From an uncultured Planctomycetota bacterium (GTDB lineage: Bacteria > Planctomycetota > Planctomycetia > Pirellulales > Lacipirellulaceae), in contig CAVRBU010000002.1 of NCBI GenBank assembly GCA_963719315.1, positions 1,792,001-1,856,000 on the forward strand: a stretch of DNA of 64,000 nucleotides. The letters are read 5' to 3'. A program made the translations under genes and the position numbers. Positions 61,723 through 64,000 of this stretch are shown here, piece by piece. Each line of letters starts with the position of its first letter. Position 1 is the first letter of the stretch. The notes beneath the pieces were generated by a model. The model searched no databases. It saw only the letters and a list, made by a program, of their open reading frames with translations, and was not told the DNA's origin.

Positions 61723-62388
61723 TTAGCGCGAACTGGTGCGGTTGGCAACGGAGAACGCCAGTTGCTCGAGCTCGGTCGTCAGATCGACGCCGACCAGGCC
61801 GATGTCTTCTGGAAGGGACAGTGCCACCGGTGCAAAGTTCACAATTCCCGAGATTCCGGCCGCGACCAATTGATCGGCCGCCTGCTGGGCTTGGGCCGCT
61901 GGCACCGTGATCATGCCTAGTTGGATGTTGAGTTGGCGGACGATCTCGCCAAGCTGAGCAACATCGTAGATAGGGATTCCTTCGGCCTGCGTGCCGTACA
62001 CGCGGGGGTCGCGATCAAACGCCGCCACGATGCGAAACCCTTGGGCCGAGAAGCCTTTGTAACGCAGCAAGGCCCGGCCCATGTTGCCGACGCCGACCAT
62101 GGTGACCGTCCATTGCCGATCGGTACCCAGGATTCGGCGGATTTCGGCGATTAGCTCATCGCAGCGATAGCCAATTCCTGGATGACCAAAATGGCCGAAA
62201 TACGCGAGGTCTTTTCGGACCTGGGCATCCGTAAAGCCAAACAGCATTGCCAATTGGCTGGAACTGACCGTGGCTCGGCCGGCCCGCACCAGATGCTGAA
62301 GTTCGCGCAAGTACAGGCTCAGCCGGCTCACAACGACTGCCGGCACGTCCCGCGGCGTGGAGGCCGATTTTTGCTTGGAAGGGTGCAA
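61723..62388 (-). CDS. rex: Redox-sensing transcriptional repressor Rex
   Basis: RLSLYLR, VSSSQLA, QVRKDLAYFG.FG..G.GY, VGVGNMGRAL, NFAP. Confidence 0.95.
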   Translation of the reverse strand: MHPSKQKSASTPRDVPAVVVSRLSLYLRELQHLVRAGRATVSSSQLAMLFGFTDAQVRKDLAYFGHFGHPGIGYRCDELIAEIRRILGTDRQWTVTMVGVGNMGRALLRYKGFSAQGFRIVAAFDRDPRVYGTQAEGIPIYDVAQLGEIVRQLNIQLGMITVPAAQAQQAADQLVAAGISGIVNFAPVALSLPEDIGLVGVDLTTELEQLAFSVANRTSSR

Positions 62389-62926
62389 CTTGGGCCCGTA
62401 GGAGTGTCGCGAATACGCCGGATTGCCGCCAGCCCCACTCTAAAAGAATGGTGATGAGGCAGCAAGTCGCCAGGCCCCCGCGGATTGCGGCAAGGCGGCT
62501 GAAACCAGCGAGACAAATGGGAGAATCAGCCCGCAAATGATCGCGGTCGCTTTATGCCGATTGCATTGTTTGCTTTTATGCTGCCGGCATTGCGGGCCGC
62601 AACTTGGGAGCACTCGGGCGCGACAGAAACCATCCTCGTTTGCGCTTGCTTCCGCCCATCCGGCGCAGCCGGCATTTAGAACAGCCGACCATGTTCGCCA
62701 ATTGGCGCACTCACTCGTCCCAAATCCCGTTGCACGAAGAGTTTACGGCAAGCAAAACTCTGCCGATTTGAAAAACTGAGTCGATTGCGAAGTGTGGTGA
62801 AATTGCGAAGTTCAGCTAAGGTGCGTTGAATTATCGGCCCGAACTAAATAGTGGCGGACTGAGCGTCCGTCTATGACCAGCCCTATTTGAACCACCCTAC
62901 GATCGAAGTACAGGAGGCACAGGAAC

Positions 62927-64000
62927 ATGAAAGGATGGATAGTTGCGCTTGCAGCCGCCGCGCTCTCGCTTGCCCCAGTCCAAGCGAATGCCGGTTTCTG
63001 CGGAGTCGCGCGTTATAGCTGTTGTGGATCGTGCTGCCAAACGCAGACGCACACGTATATGAAAACGGTGCACTGCATGGAGTACGAGCGGCAGGAGATT
63101 ACCTGCCATAAGACTGTCTGGGACCGGGTTTGTGAAGATCGCGTCATCAATTGCGTGAAGTACGTACCCGAAACGCACTCCCGCGAGGTTTGCTACACCG
63201 TGTGCAAGCCGTGTTGGGAAACCAAGACCCGCTGCTACACGGTCTGCAAGCCGTGCTGGGAAACCAAGACGCGTGAGATCTGCTACACGGTCTGCAAGCC
63301 GTGCTGGGAAACCAAGACCCGCTGCTATACGGTCTGCAAGCCGTGCTGGGAAAATCACAGCAAGGAAGTCTGCTACACCGTGTGCAAGCCGTGCTGGGAG
63401 ACCAAGACCCGCTGCTATACGGTCTGCAAGCCGTGCTGGGAGACCAAGAGCAAAGAGATTTGCTACACGGTCTGCAAGCCGTGCTGGGAAGATCGCACCG
63501 GCACCTACACGGTCTGCAAGCCGTGCTGGGAAACCAAGACGCGTGAGATCAACTACAACGTCCTGGTGCCCGTAAAGTACACCAAGACGATCCAAGTTCC
63601 GACCGGCCACTGGGAAACCGAATCCTATGAGGTTCCCGGCCCGACGTACCAAAAGTGTGTCCGCGAACCGGGCACCTGGACGTACGACGCCTGCGGTTGC
63701 AAATGCTGCTATACGCCTGGCTGCTGCCATACGGAATGCGTGCAATGCCCGCCCCGGAAGTGCTGCAAGAAGCGTTGGGTCTCGGAGTGCTGCTCGAAAG
63801 ATATCTGCTGCACGAACTGGGTCTGCGAATGCCGCAGCAAGACCTGCTGCTACAAGGTCTGCCACATGGTGCCGGAAGAAAAGACCTACTGCTACAAGGT
63901 CTGCCACATGGTGCCCGAGCAACGTAGCCGCACGGTGTGCTATCAGGTTTGCCACATGGTGCCCGAGCAGCGGACCTGCTGCTACAAGGTCTGCCACATG
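62927..64000 (+). CDS. Secreted Cys-rich YTV-repeat protein, 3' end beyond window (absent from the ORF track)
   Basis: AGGAGG ribosome binding site; signal peptide MKGWIVALAAAALSLAPVQANA; open for 358 codons to the edge; eight YTVCKPCWE repeats then CY(K/Q)VCHMVPE repeats. Confidence 0.92.
   Translation, partial: MKGWIVALAAAALSLAPVQANAGFCGVARYSCCGSCCQTQTHTYMKTVHCMEYERQEITCHKTVWDRVCEDRVINCVKYVPETHSREVCYTVCKPCWETKTRCYTVCKPCWETKTREICYTVCKPCWETKTRCYTVCKPCWENHSKEVCYTVCKPCWETKTRCYTVCKPCWETKSKEICYTVCKPCWEDRTGTYTVCKPCWETKTREINYNVLVPVKYTKTIQVPTGHWETESYEVPGPTYQKCVREPGTWTYDACGCKCCYTPGCCHTECVQCPPRKCCKKRWVSECCSKDICCTNWVCECRSKTCCYKVCHMVPEEKTYCYKVCHMVPEQRSRTVCYQVCHMVPEQRTCCYKVCHM

Noticed and set aside
62389..62926. 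Rex operator in the rex/YTV divergent intergenic region
   Set aside because: No convincing TTGTGAA-N4-TTCACAA palindrome was found.
63190..63545. Regularly spaced DNA repeats resembling a CRISPR array
   Set aside because: Repeats are in-frame coding units of 39/45 bp with synonymous variation, no unique spacers and no cas genes.
62897..63997. 366-aa minus-strand ORF with ARLADR repeats
   Set aside because: Antisense shadow of the + strand YTV-repeat gene, which has the ribosome binding site and signal peptide.

Overview
GC-rich bacterial chromosomal segment, most consistent with a Planctomycetota (Pirellulales-like) genome, based on a Cys-rich YTV-repeat protein and giant uncharacterised membrane proteins. 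It is mostly core genes: suhB, ClpP-like protease, HIT, dGTPase, PIN/TRAM, purE, uppS, purA, sppA, rdgB, oppABC, acs, trpF, ahcY, parB with three parS sites, sulP, pcm, a PPIase, rpsB-tsf-pyrH-frr, rex, tRNA-Pro and tRNA-Gln. Many small accessory units sit between them. These are a complete 920-bp IS5 (IS427-like) element, three toxin-antitoxin-like pairs plus an orphan antitoxin remnant, and a decayed GntR/ABC operon. The most notable are (i) a GxxExxY nuclease-like gene between pyrH and frr bounded by perfect 18-bp inverted repeats, with a gene-less copy of the same ends between purA and uppS; (ii) a 355-bp unit of a GIY-YIG nuclease plus a tRNA-like copy lacking an anticodon loop directly behind tRNA-Pro; (iii) many inverted tandem-heptamer modules and REP-like palindromes; and (iv) a candidate ~150-nt GGA-rich sRNA. 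At least six housekeeping genes carry 1-2 bp frameshifts that look like assembly indel errors, so pseudogene calls here need caution. All product calls come from motif recognition, not database searches.
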